Notes: generated from the sequence alone by a model not told the origin. Positions 21,886 to 33,250 are shown, counted from the stretch's first letter. The stretch: 64,000 nt of DNA from Bryobacterales bacterium (GCA_963422375.2 OY729428.2:2368001-2432000); one strand, 5' to 3'. Numbers and translations: made by a program.

Positions 21886-23427
21886 GCGCTCGACATCGGC
21901 AGCGAGGCGCTTGCCGAGCTGGATCTCCTTCTCGAGGCTGTACAGGTTGACGCCCTTGCCGACGCCGCGATCACCGATCCTCGATACGTCTTCCTTAGGG
22001 CTTTGATCGATATTAAGTTTCCAACTTCATCATGGATGTAGTTCGTAGTTCCAATCATCGTGGAACTCGTTCCGATGGAGCGACAGGGCGTCCATCTCCG
22101 CCTTCGTTACTGCCTCACCGGTCGGGTACTTTCTATTGTCAAGTTCGGCTTTGACCCGAAGGCCGGCGGCTGTGCGCGTACCGCCGATCAAGTCGACAAC
22201 GGTCTCAAATGTACGCAGTGGCTTGCCTCGCCAATTCTGCGTGACGTGGCAGAACAGGCGGCGCTCAATCTTATGCCATGGACTGGTCCCCGGCGGGAAG
22301 CGGCTGACGTGGATGCGAAGACATGTCCGGTCAGCGAACTTCTGCAGCCGATGCTTCCAGGCGCGAGAGCGATACCCGTTGCTACCGCCCGCATCGGCAG
22401 CGATGAACAGCTCGCCAGCCTCGGGGTAGCGGCGCTTCCCCGTCTCGTTCCACCACCGTCGCAGCGAGGCCGCGGCAAACGCGGGCGTGTCGTGATCACG
22501 TCCGACATGCACCCAGGCTTCGTTGCGCCCCAGGTCATGGATGCCATACGGCATCGCTTTGCCGGACGAGTCCTTGGGAAAATCATGCACCAGTGATTTC
22601 CCGGGGCCCCCCTTCGGTTGCCATTCCCGCCCGCCGTTCTTGAATTCACCCACCAGTTCCTTCTTCTTGGTGTCGACCGAGACCACTGGCTGACGACGTT
22701 GCAGAAAATCATCCGCCTTCGTATGGATGTGCTCGAACTGCGCGTCCCGGTCGGGGCGGGTTGTCCCTTCGAGACTCTTGCGCACCGATTGCAGGCTGTA
22801 GCCAAGCTCATGCAGTCAACGGCTCGCCGTCGTCGAACTCACCTGCCAACCCGCCTGCGACAACGCCGCGGCGAGCTTCGCCCGACTCTTGCATGTCCAG
22901 CGCAACGGCGACTGCAACGGCGACTCCGGGTCACCGCGAGTCAACGGGTCAACCAGCTTCTCCAGCGCTTGCTCGATGCCCGGCCGCGACTGCTCGATGC
23001 CGGGCCGCCCGGCCCCCGGGCGGCGTATCCGACCGCGTTCAACACTGCCGGATTCCAGCTCTCGACGCCCCGCGCGGATGGCGCGGACGGTCGGGCGCGA
23101 CAACCCAGTCGCGTCCGATACCAGCGCATCCCCCCCATACCCGATGGCACGCGACTCCGTCGCCGCCCATAGCCGACGCCCGCGCTCGTCGAGAAACGCT
23201 TCCACCGCCGCGTACTGCTCAACAATTGTCGCTTCGAGTTCAAGATTGCGTCTCATCGGATGATGAGAACACAAAACTCAGAACATGGAAATCTAATTCC
23301 CGACAACGTCCTTAGCGTTCTTGGGCTCCCGCTTGGCGGCTTCCTCCGGCAGGCGCACCTTGCTTGGGTCGATGCCGACCGTCAGGATTGGTACCGCTGC
23401 AAGCGCCGTGAGTGCCTTGGTGCGCAT
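21886..23427 (-). pseudogene. N-terminal part of the same M48 peptidase, interrupted by ISAzo13
   Basis: Removing 21998-23311 and one TTA restores MRTKALTALAAVPIL...KNAKEDVSRIGDRGVGKGVNLYSLEKEIQLGKRLAADVER, a typical acidobacterial M48 N-terminus. Confidence 0.8.
21998..23311 (-). mobile_element. ISAzo13-family element with frameshifted transposase
   Basis: LDERGRRLWAA, VSVDTKKKELVG, ADAGGSNG, PPGTS, WNYEL; imperfect TIRs; 3-bp TSD TTA on both sides. Confidence 0.92.
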
Positions 23428-23443
23428 TCGATGCATGTCGTGC

Positions 23444-25001
23444 GAGCCTTTTGCAAAAATCCCGCGCTAATAGCATTATCATTTAGTTAGTCTATTAAGT
23501 ATTCGATATAATAAATGAAATAGAACTGTAGTAAATGTAGTTTTAATGGCTTGTCTGCGTTTTGAGTTTCCTGGCAATCCCTTGCCCTCCGTGCTATTAT
23601 TGTAATGAAATCCTAGTAAGCAGCTGGCAGAATTCAACGAATATGTCCTTGATAGAAACCGTATCCGCGTACTGGTTCACGTTCCAGCAGGGGCTGTTCC
23701 CCTGGCTCGAGCAGGAACTCGGCCCCCTCGGCGAGCGCTGCCGCAGCTTCGTTCAAGCGGTGGAACTGGCGCAGGTCGAGGACTGCCTGCCCGTCGGGCA
23801 GGGCGGCCGCGGCCGCCCCCTCGCAAGCCGCGCCGCCATGGCGCGCGCCTGCATCGCCAAGGCCGTCTTCGACCAGCCCGCTACGCGCTCGCCGGTCGAG
23901 CGCCTGCAGACCGATCGCACCCTGCGCCGACTGTGCGGCCGGGACCTGGCCGGGGCCGTGCCCGGCGAGGCAACCTTCTCGCGCGCCTGCGCCGAGTTCG
24001 CCGCCGGCGAACTGCCCGGACGCTTGCACCAGGCGCTGCTCGCGCGGACGCTCGACGGCCGCTTGGCAGGGCACGTCTCCCGCGACTCGACCGCCATCGA
24101 GGGCCGCGAGCGGCCCGCCGCGAAGCCCGCGCCGGAACCGGAGCCGAAACGCAAGCGCGGGCGCCCTCGCAAGGGCGAGCAGCGGCCGCCCGCTCCGCGC
24201 CGACTGGCGCGGCAGCCCGACATGAATCTCGAAGCAATGCTGCACGACCTGCCGCAGGGCTGCGATACCGGCACCAAGCGCAACGCCAAGGGCCGTACCG
24301 TCAGCTGGCGCGGCTACAAGCTGCCTATCGACGCGATCGACGGCGGGATCCCGGTCAGCTGCCTGCTCACCGCGGCTTCGCTGCACGACAGCCAGGCCGC
24401 GATCCCGCTGGCGACACGGACCGCGGGCCGCGTCGACAACCTGTACGACCGGATGGACAGCGCGCGCGACGCGGCCGGGATCCGGGCCTTCAGCGAGCGG
24501 CTCGGGCACGTGCCGCTCATTGATGTCAACCCGCGCGGCCGGACGGAGCTGCAGGCGGATCTGGCACGGGAGGCCCCGGCGCTGCGCAGCGCCGGGCGGG
24601 CGGATCCCGCCAAGCTGCGCTACCGCGAGCGCTCGACGGTGGAGCGTGTCAACGGCCGCCTGAAGGACGATTGCGGCGGGCGCCACGTGCGCGTCCGCGG
24701 CCACGGCAAGGTGGCCACGGCAAGGTGCTGTGCCACCTCCTGTTCGGCGTGCTCGCGCTGACGGTCGAGCAGCTCCTGCGCCTGGCGCTCCGAGAGCCCG
24801 GGCCGCCGGGACGGCCGGGAAGAGCGCCCGCCCGCCGGGCCGGGCCGGGAGAGCTGCGCCTGCACGGGGCCGCTCCTCGCAGGAGCGCCCCGAAGCGGAG
24901 CAAGCCCAGCTGAAGGGGGTCTTTTTCGGCGAGAATAACAGCCCGGAAACTAGTCGTTCATGGGGCGGTCAGCCCTCTTTTCTGAATTTTGCAAAAGGCT
25001 C
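23444..25001 (+). mobile_element. IS1182/IS5-like element with degenerate transposase (about 23644-24790)
   Basis: TIRs GAGCCTTTTGCAAAA and TTTTGCAAAAGGCTC; 4-bp TSD GTGC; SRDSTAIEGRE, WRGYKL, ASLHDSQ, RSTVERVNGRLK. Confidence 0.88.
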
Positions 25002-25167
25002 GTGCCTCTTTGAGTTTTTGGCCGAACCGTGTCCTGCGAGTGGTCAGACGCATCGAATGTCGACCCTCGCCAGCGTGGAGCAGCTGGCCGACCAGCGGCG
25101 GCGCGGCCCGCGCCGTGCTCTCGCCAGCTCCTGTGAATCGCTCTTACAATGCGAACTAGGCTTGTCC

Positions 25168-25598
25168 GTGATCGGTCGTTTACTAGCGGCGGTTCTCTGT
25201 GCCGCAGCGGTCCTTTACGGAAGCACCGCTGCGGACGACTTGCGCGCGATCAAGGGGTTGGAATTGGATCCCGACAACTGTTACCGCGTCCGGGATGCCT
25301 TCTTGGAGCGAGAGGAAGTCAAGCTCTACTTCACGGATGGGCATATCGTGTTCGCCAAGCCTGTCCTAGGCCGAACCCTAGCCGCGCTGTTCGTCGCAAC
25401 GGGGCCGACCGATGTTGGGGAGGTGCTGTTGATTCCACCGAGCCCAGCCGAACGCCAGTCCGTCGCGAGCTTTCTCGGCGAGACGATCATCAACGAGAAG
25501 TTTCGGAACGCGATGATGTTCTTCACCGATGACACCGCGACAGCGCTCGCCGCGTCGATCCGCGACGCGGCGGAGTCGCGGCTCGATCCCGAGGCGGG
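25168..25598 (+). pseudogene. N-terminal fragment of a secreted protein (possibly acidobacterial M1 aminopeptidase-like), truncated by IS30
   Basis: Signal IGRLLAAVLCAAAVLYG, then LDPDNCYRVRD...LYFTDG; the plausible coding sequence stops where IS30 sequence begins. Confidence 0.55.
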
Positions 25599-26757
25599 CT
25601 GCCAGCCCTGCCTCAGCCCCGCGGCACCCGCTCCCGCGCCGCCAGGAAGACTTCCTCCGGCGTGCGCCCGCCCGGCACCTTCCGCGGACGCCGGTTCAGG
25701 CGGTCCCGCGCCTGCCGCACCCGGGCCGGGTCCACCCGCCGCAGGTCCGTCCCCTGCGGGAAGTACTGCCGCGGCAGCCCGTTGGCATGCTCGTTCAGCC
25801 CGCGCTCCCAGGAGTGGCAGGGCCGCGCGCAGTAGAAGCCCGCCCCCAGCCGCTGCGCCACCTCCCGGCGCCCCGCGAACTCCTTGCCGTTGTCGGCCGT
25901 GATCGTGCGCGTCACGGCCCCGCTGCCTGCGAGCATGGCCGTCATCGCCGCCCCGACCAGCCGCGCCGTGCGCCGGCTAACCGGCTGCACTAGCAGGTAC
26001 TTAGAGAACCGGTCCACCAGCGTCACCAGCGCCCCGCGGCGCTGCCCGCCGATCACGGTGTCGGCCTCCCGCTCGCCGCCGCGCGCCTTCGCTCGCGCCT
26101 CCGCCGGGCGCTCCGCGATGTCCGCGCGCCCCGGGATCAGGCCGCGGCCCGCCGTCCGGCCGACCCGCCGCACGCGCTTGCGGCCGCCCTGCCTCAGGTG
26201 CCGGTACAGCCGGCCCCCCTGCCGCCGCTCCGCGCGCACCAGCTGGTAGATCCGTTCAGGGCTGATCTCCAGCGCCCCTTCCCGCTTCAGCCGCGCCGCG
26301 ACCTGCTCCGGGCTCCTGCTCCGGGCTCCAGTCCTGCCGCAGGCAGTCCTCGCTCCGCGCCCGCAGCGCCGACGTCAGCTGGCGCGGCCGGCACGACGCC
26401 GCGCGCCGCCGCCGCTCCGCGCGCTCCCGCGCGCTCCCCAAGCTGTAGCTCGCCGCGCGCTCGCCCTCCGCCGGTCGGCCGTTGCGGCTCACTTCCCGGT
26501 AGATCGTGGCCCGGTTGCGGCCCGGCTGCCCGGCGATCCTGTCCGCTCCCCAGCCCGCCCAGCCCGCCGCCCGCAGCGTCTCGATCCGGCAGCGCTCCTC
26601 CTGCGTCACGTGCGTGTAGCTCTTCCGCATCCGCCTCCCTGCTCCTTCCAGCACCTACCAGCCTACTGCCGCCACACCACCGCTCGCTGCCCCCCCTCTC
26701 CCCTCCCTGCCATCTTGTGGCTCGGCGCGTGTCGCACTTCGGAGTTGAATGGGCGCC
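25599..26757 (-). mobile_element. IS30-family element with frameshifted transposase; right end apparently missing
   Basis: YTHVTQEERCRI, TIYREVSRN, TITADNGKEFA, SWERGLNE, LNRRPRK; left TIR GGCGCCCATTCAACTCCGAAGTGCGACAC. Confidence 0.9.
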
Positions 26758-27591
26758 ATAATAAGCCCCGGCTACTTTGCCACCATGCAAATTCCCATCG
26801 AAGCCGGCCGGGCCTTCGAAGCACACGACGAGGAGGGGCAGCGTGGGGCACCCCGCGGCATCTTGGTCAGCGACTCTTTCGCGAAGCGCTGTTGGAAAGG
26901 ACTGGAGCCGCTGGGGAAAATCATCAGCTTTGGTGAAGCATTTCGGGACTGGCAAATGACGGTAGTCGGCGTCGCGGGAGACGTGCGGTATTCGGGACTC
27001 GAGACGGGTCCGACCGTCGACATCTATCTTCCTCAGGCTCTGTTCCCGCAGGCGGCTATCACTCTGATCGCGCGAACGAGAAGCGACCCGCTCAATGAGG
27101 TGACGTCCGTGCGCGAACGCATTCACGCCGTGGACCGGCACGCCTTCGTGACAGACATTCGTTCTATGGGTCAACTGATCGCCGACTCGCAGGCCGAGCG
27201 TCGCGCTGGAACCTACGTCGCCTCGGCGTTCGGAGCAATCGGCCTAGTGTTGGTCGTGGCCGGCCTTTACGGTGTTACGGCACAGGCGGTCGTCGAGCGC
27301 CGCCGCGATTTCGCCATCCGGTCGGCGCTTGGCGCCGGACCAGGGCGGGTCTGCGCCACGGCAATGCAGACGGCACTGCTGCCCGTCGGTACCGGCATCG
27401 CGCTCGGCGGATTGGCGACGGTAGGAACGATCCGCGTTCTGATGTCACTGCTCTTCGAGGTAAGTGCCTTGGACCTCGTGACGTGGACGTGGGCATACGC
27501 CGTGACTCTCGCCGCCAGTGTGGCGGCGGGATTGCTCGCGGGGCGGCGTGCAGCACGGATCGATCCAATGGCAGCGCTAGGGACCGAGTAG
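26758..27591 (+). pseudogene. C-terminal fragment of a MacB/ADOP-type ABC permease
   Basis: ISPGYFATMQIP, TVVGVAGDVR, RRRDFAIRSALGA, RRAARIDPMAAL; begins right at the IS30 end. Confidence 0.85.
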
Positions 27592-27625
27592 TTGCAACTC
27601 TGCGCGCTTCGGGGGCGCTCAAGAC

Positions 27626-27890
27626 TCACTCGACCGCGTCTTGGACCTCGGCTGGAACGCGTGATTCCACTCGCCGGAGACGATGTCTTTCTTGATCGAT
27701 CACCGCTCGATCCGCGCCTCCGTAACCTTCCATCCGGGCTCGCAGCCTTTCCCGTCTAGTTCCGAAGAGATCATCAAGCCCGCCCGCGTCGTCGCTGCAC
27801 GGACCAGGTTCGCGGTCACCTCGCGGATGACCGGCCGATGACCGCGGCAATTCCGGGAGACGTGGCAGCGAGACGAGGACTCCTGGACGA
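27626..27890 (-). pseudogene. Highly decayed remnant of an ISAzo13 transposase C-terminus
   Basis: Minus-strand translation CHVSRNCRG...VTANLVRAATTRAGLMISSELD...KVTEARIER*SIKKDIVSGEWNH parallels the C-terminus of the 22030 transposase. Confidence 0.6.
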
Positions 27891-28378
27891 CGTCGCGCTA
27901 TTGCACAGCCTCCTCGGTCTTCGGTGACGCTCCTTGCCCGCTGTCCCGGGGGTGCCAAGCCATAGCTGGGCCACTCGCCCTGTTCCTGCCTTGGAGTCGC
28001 CGGTGCATAAGGCGCGGAGCGAGCCCGGCCAATGCTTCCCCGCAGTCTCCCCTCCCCCAAGACGAGAGCACCGTCGGGTCGCATTCTTGCCAGGCTACCG
28101 GGCCGACGGCAAGCACGCAGCGTACGGCCGCCCGCTCGTGGTGTCGATCCGCTCGGCGAGCGGACCAAGTGGACGGTGCGAGATCGGCGTGTCCGTCTCT
28201 CGAAGTGCAATCGGGTGGCTTCAAGAGCGCCAGCTGCCGCCCACGCCGAAGGCGGGAACCCTCTCGCTCGCGCCCGGCTGCGGTTGTCCCGGCAGGAGCT
28301 TGATCCCCGGCGCGGCCGCTACGACATCACTCGCCGGGTTGACATCGTCGCGAGACGGGTGCTACTTTTCGGACCGGG

Positions 28379-29590
28379 ATGACATCCCCGTTGCATCGTC
28401 GCGAGGCGCTTCGACGGCTCGCCGCCTTCATGCTGGCATCGCCGCTGCTGGCCGAAATCGAGAAGCCGGATCTGACGGATTCCAAGCAACTCGCCAGTGT
28501 ATTCGACTTCCGCGACCTCGCGCGCAAGCTGATCGACCCGGTCGCCTACGACTACCTAGCCGAAGGGGGCAAGGACGAGATCTCCCTCGCCGAAAACCGC
28601 TTGGCCTTCCGCCAGATCATCCTGCGTCCCAAGTTCCTCACAGACGTCCACAAGATCGACGTTACGACGGAGCTTCTCGGAAGCACGATGGACTCGCCAG
28701 TCTACATCTGCCCGGCGGGTGGCAAGAACTGCTTCCGGCCCGGAGGCGAGGAGGAGACCGCGCGGGGCGCGGCCCTCGCCAACGCCATGTACATCAGCAA
28801 CGGCGGGGTCGAGGCGTTCCTCGCCTCCGCCGACGCTCCCCGGCACTGGTGGCAGTACACAACGGGCGGCCAGTTCCGGAGCGAGAACTCCATGCTGGAC
28901 TTCGTGGAGCGCCTCGAGGACTCCGGCTGCACAGGCGTCTGCTTTACCGTCGACAACATGCTGGTCTCGCATCGCGAGCGCTCGATCCACAACGGCCTCG
29001 TACGGACTTGGTGCAACTTGGGCGAGATTCCGCGCGATGCCGACGGCAGGCTGGTTTACCAGCCCAACGACCGCACGTGGACTACGGGGGAATACCCGGG
29101 ACGCGCGACGCCCACGCCGACGTGGGAGACCGTCAAGCAGCTCAGGGACATTACCGAGCTCAAGATCATGCTGAAGGGCCTCATGATTGCGGAGGACGTC
29201 GAGAGGGCCGTCGAGGTCGGCGTGGACACTGTCGTCGTGTCCAATCACGGGGCGAGGCAGCTCGACCACACCGGATCGACGATCGAAGCGCTGCCCGAGT
29301 GCGTCCGGGCCGCCCGCGGCCGGATCCCCGTGCTCGTGGACGGCGGGTTCCGCCGGGGCACGGACATCCTGAAGGCCCTCGCGATCGGGGCGACCGCCGT
29401 GGGCGTCGCTCGCCCGTACCTGTGGGGCATGACGTGCTTCGCCCGCGACGGCGTAGCTCGGGTGCTCGAACTGCTCAAGACCGAGCTCGCCCTGGACATG
29501 GGCATGTCCGGAGTCGCTCGCATCGCCGACATCAGCCCGAGCCTAGTTCGTTGGCGGAACTGGTCCTACCAAGGAGGACTGCAACCATGA
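28379..29590 (+). CDS. FMN-dependent alpha-hydroxy acid oxidase/dehydrogenase with probable Tat signal
   Basis: HRREALRRL plus hydrophobic stretch; SNHGARQLD, LVDGGFRRGTDILKALAIGA, ARPYLWG. Confidence 0.9.
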   Translation: MTSPLHRREALRRLAAFMLASPLLAEIEKPDLTDSKQLASVFDFRDLARKLIDPVAYDYLAEGGKDEISLAENRLAFRQIILRPKFLTDVHKIDVTTELLGSTMDSPVYICPAGGKNCFRPGGEEETARGAALANAMYISNGGVEAFLASADAPRHWWQYTTGGQFRSENSMLDFVERLEDSGCTGVCFTVDNMLVSHRERSIHNGLVRTWCNLGEIPRDADGRLVYQPNDRTWTTGEYPGRATPTPTWETVKQLRDITELKIMLKGLMIAEDVERAVEVGVDTVVVSNHGARQLDHTGSTIEALPECVRAARGRIPVLVDGGFRRGTDILKALAIGATAVGVARPYLWGMTCFARDGVARVLELLKTELALDMGMSGVARIADISPSLVRWRNWSYQGGLQP

Positions 29591-30390
29591 CTCGACGCGA
29601 GTTTTCCGCAAGCTGCGGCACCGGCCTCGCCGCCGTTCTGGGGGGCCTCAAGGCAGCTGCGGGCGACAAGGGCAGCTACCCGATCCGCCGACGCAAGGAG
29701 GTGGAGATCCTCTACCAGTCCCCCGACGGCAACCCGAACGGGCTGGAGGCCACCGAGGAAGGCCTGTGGGTCGGCGAGCAGATCACCGACCGAGCCTATC
29801 TCCTCGACTGGAAGACCGGCCGCCCGCTGGCCCGGCACGAGACCCAGTCGTCCAACACCAGCGGCATCGGCGCCGGCGGCGGCTTCGTCTTCATGGGTGC
29901 CAACGGGCCAGCCCACCTTCGCCCGCGACGCCCGCACGACATCGTCCGAGGCGGCCGGATCGTCAAGCTCGACGCCAAGACCGGCGAGCACATCGCGAAC
30001 TACCAGACGCCGACGGGCGGGGGGCTGCACGGCTTGCTGTGGGCCAAGAACTCCCTCTGGATCACGCAGTTCAACCCTCTCAAGGTGGTTCAGGCCGACG
30101 CCGACCTGAACCTGTTCCACGATTTCGATTTGCCGCTCAACCGACCGCACGGTCTCGGATGGGACGGCGAGCACATCTGGTGCATGTTCTCGAATGACTA
30201 CCGCGCGCTGCGTTTCGAGATCCGCACCGGGCGCATCATCGAGGGCGTCCAGTTTGACCGCAGCGACCCCGACCCGCACGGCATGACTTGGTGGGACGGA
30301 GCGCTCTACTACTGCGACGCAGGCATCGCCCCCGGACACAAGGACAACCTCAGCGAGCATGCCGGGGCCATCTGCCGCATCCATCTCTAG
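29587..30390 (+). CDS. Tat-exported beta-propeller protein (Vgb/glutamine cyclotransferase-like repeats)
   Basis: ATGA overlap; MTRREF signal; repeats PNGL, LHGLLW, PHGLGWDG, PHGMTWWDG. Confidence 0.75.
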   Translation: MTRREFSASCGTGLAAVLGGLKAAAGDKGSYPIRRRKEVEILYQSPDGNPNGLEATEEGLWVGEQITDRAYLLDWKTGRPLARHETQSSNTSGIGAGGGFVFMGANGPAHLRPRRPHDIVRGGRIVKLDAKTGEHIANYQTPTGGGLHGLLWAKNSLWITQFNPLKVVQADADLNLFHDFDLPLNRPHGLGWDGEHIWCMFSNDYRALRFEIRTGRIIEGVQFDRSDPDPHGMTWWDGALYYCDAGIAPGHKDNLSEHAGAICRIHL

Positions 30391-30931
30391 GATTCTTGCC
30401 ATTGCGGCAGCGTGTTCGGTTGTCGCTGCCGAGCCTTCTCCCATCGTCAAGCCACCGGACGGGTCGTGGATCCCCGGCGACACCATCGAGATCATCGCCA
30501 AGGCAGGGGAGGGCCGTCTCCTGCTTGACGGAAGGGCGCTCCCCACGGAGCAGCCATTTCCCGGGGTGCTTCGCGCCGAGGTGCAGGTGCAGGCAGGAAC
30601 CCATACGGTGAGGCTGGAAACGTCCGACGGCTCCCGGCAAGTGAGCTTCCACTCGGGCCCGGCGCCCGAAGGGCGGCACGGGGCGGCGTACCGAGACCAC
30701 CCGCCCGTCCAAGTCGACTGCAGCCACTGCCACAGCGTGAGCCGGCGGGGCCGGTTCCGCTTCAGTGGAGGGTGCCAGGCCTGCCATGCCGAGGACCTCT
30801 TCATCCGGACGCACAGCCACCAGAGCCACGAGCTGGCCAGCTGCGGCATGTGCCACGACGCGCACGGATCTAGCGCGGCCAAGCTGCTCGTCATGCCCCG
30901 GGAGCGGGCGTGCAAGCAGTGCCACAATTGA
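30359..30931 (+). CDS. Secreted tetraheme c-type cytochrome
   Basis: Four CxxCH motifs (CSHCH, CQACH, CGMCH, CKQCH) and a signal peptide. Confidence 0.88.
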   Translation: MPGPSAASISRILAIAAACSVVAAEPSPIVKPPDGSWIPGDTIEIIAKAGEGRLLLDGRALPTEQPFPGVLRAEVQVQAGTHTVRLETSDGSRQVSFHSGPAPEGRHGAAYRDHPPVQVDCSHCHSVSRRGRFRFSGGCQACHAEDLFIRTHSHQSHELASCGMCHDAHGSSAAKLLVMPRERACKQCHN

Positions 30932-31060
30932 GCCCTGCCGGCGAACTCCAAGCACATCCTGCACACGCCGACGCGTTGTATCGAGGGGCCGGTCCTGCAG
31001 GAGGCTGCCCTGCCCGGGCAGGCAAACCGGGCGTTCCGCTTCCAATTGAGCCTTTGCAAA

Positions 31061-32613
31061 GGGAATTATATATCTGAGTGCCGAGGGAATCAAGTCGGCA
31101 AATTATCAAGCCATAATAAGATTTCATATTTCTTCCGACTTTCCGTTGACATTCTGTGGTGTTTCTTGGTAGAATAGTTCCAGCAGGGGATGCCGTAAAT
31201 GAAGAAATCAGGTCCCGGAAAGTGGTTCCGTAAAGGCATCACATTGATCGAAGTAATCGCCATGTTCCCCGATGACGAATCCGCGGAAAAATGGTTCGCC
31301 TCCATACGCTGGCCGGACGGTCCCGCGTGCCCCCACTGCCGCGGCTCCAGCGTGCAGTCCGACGCGGCCCACCCTTCGATGCCGTACCGTTGCCGCGGCT
31401 GCGGCAAGCGCTTTTCCGTGCGCACCGGCAGCGTGATGGCCGACACCAAGCTCGGCTACCGCACCTGGGCTGTCGCCCTGTTCCTGCTGACCACCGGCAT
31501 CAAGGGCGTCTCGAGTATGAAGCTGCACCGCGACCCGGGCATCAGCCGGAAGTCGGCCCGGCACCTGGCGCACCGCATCCGCGCGTGCCGGGAGCGGGAT
31601 CGGGGCCTGTTCGCCGGCCCGGTGGAGGTGGACGAGACCTGCGTCGGCGGCAAGAAGCGCAACCAGCACGAGAGCAAGAAGGCCCGCGCCGGGCGCGGGC
31701 CCGTCGGCAAGACCCCGGTGGCGGGGGCGCGGGACCGCGCCACGAACGCAGTGGCCGCGCGGCCGCTGCCGGGCACCGCCGAGGGCGACCTGCAGGGCTT
31801 CGCGCGCGCCCGCGTCGCGCCGGGGGCGCAGGTCCGCTCCGACGAGGCGGCGGCCTGCGCCGGCATGGCGGAGTTCGCGCACGAAGCCGTCAGGCACTCC
31901 GGCGCTCCGGCGGCGAGTACGTGCGCGGGGCAGCGCATACGAACGGCATCGAATCGTTTTGGCCCCTGTTCAAGCGCGGCCTGTACGGCACCTATCACCG
32001 GATGAGCGTCCGTCATCTCGGCCGCTACCTCACGGAGTTCGCGGGACGGCGCAACGACCGCGACTGCGACAGGGCGGAACAACGGCGGAACGGATGCGGC
32101 GCATGGCGCGGGGCTTGGTCGGCCGGACGCTGACCTGCCGGCAGCTGACCGGCAAGGCCGCGGTCGCGGCCCGAGCGGCGCCCGCCGCGCCGAGCGCGGC
32201 AGCCCGCTGCGGGCGCGCTCTTCACGCTCGGTGCGCTGCACGCTCGGTACGAGGGTCGCACCGGATCCGGCATGCCCCGGCGCGACCCCGGTCCGGTCCG
32301 GACCGTCCATGCAGGCCGTCGAGCGCCGGGGATCCGCTGTCTTCGGCCCTCGCAGGGCCTGCAAGCGGCTTGCAAGGCGTGCCCTGCCACCGCCAACCGG
32401 GTTCCACCGGGGCAACCGGCGCATGCGAGGCGGCCTCTCTAGTCCCTTCCTCGTCCAATCCGCTGGCAGGCTCGATTCAGATACGATCCCACACCCCACC
32501 CCTCTGTGCCCGCCGCGGCCGCACTCGCATGACCCCAGCTCGACACCCACCTCCCTGCTCACAGCAGTTCTAGTCGGACCATGGCGTTGTCGGCACTCAG
32601 ATATATAATTCCC
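31061..32613 (+). mobile_element. IS1595-family element with frameshifted transposase (about 31199-32160)
   Basis: Perfect 24-bp TIR GGGAATTATATATCTGAGTGCCGA; degenerate 8-bp TSD TTTGCAAA/CTTGCGAA; CPHC...YRCRGC, VEVDET, HTNGIESFW. Confidence 0.92.
31146..31175 (+). promoter_or_regulatory. Sigma70-like promoter of the IS1595 transposase
   Basis: TTGACA-18 nt-TAGAAT upstream of the ATG at 31199. Confidence 0.55.
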
Positions 32614-33250
32614 CTTGCGAATGCCTCGCGCGCACGGGCTGCAAGTTCGAGCGCGATTCCGGGCGCAGCAAGGCCGGCCTCCTGCCAGCCTCCAACGTGC
32701 TAGCCCTCGCGGCGTGCATGGCGTGCCGGGCCCTGCCCTCGAGGTGTAGCGGCGGCGCCGCCGCGCATCCATCACTCCCCGGGATCAGTTCCGGGAAGTG
32801 CAGGCCGAGCCGCGCCAGTACCGCTTCCCGGACCCGCTCGCCCCGTTGGGACGCCACGGGACGACGCGCCCACACGCGCCCGAATGAACCGGTGCCTTCA
32901 CTGGCGGACGGCTGTTCTGCTCCGGCAGCCGCCTGCCGCCGAAGTGAGTCCGCCAGGCCACGGGGCCATGCTCCGTGCCGGTCGCAAGTTCCACGGGCCC
33001 GAGGCGAGACCGGGGCAGGCTCTCCCCAGCGGCGGTGTCAGCCCTCCTGCGGGCTCCACGGCCACGGCCCGAACACCGCGAAGGCCCCCTCTCAAGCACG
33101 AGATGGTCCATAATGAGAGTCACTGGCCATGGTGCGAACGGAAGGTCGGGCAACCGGCTAGGTCCGGCGCGGCGCAGGCGATGGGACTCTATCCTTGCGA
33201 CCCCCCGCAGCTTGTCAATCTGCCGGACATGTAGGGAAGGGAGAGACAGA

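Noticed and set aside
32614..33250. Short ORFs between IS1595 and the repeat protein
   Set aside because: No motifs; composition typical of spurious high-GC ORFs.
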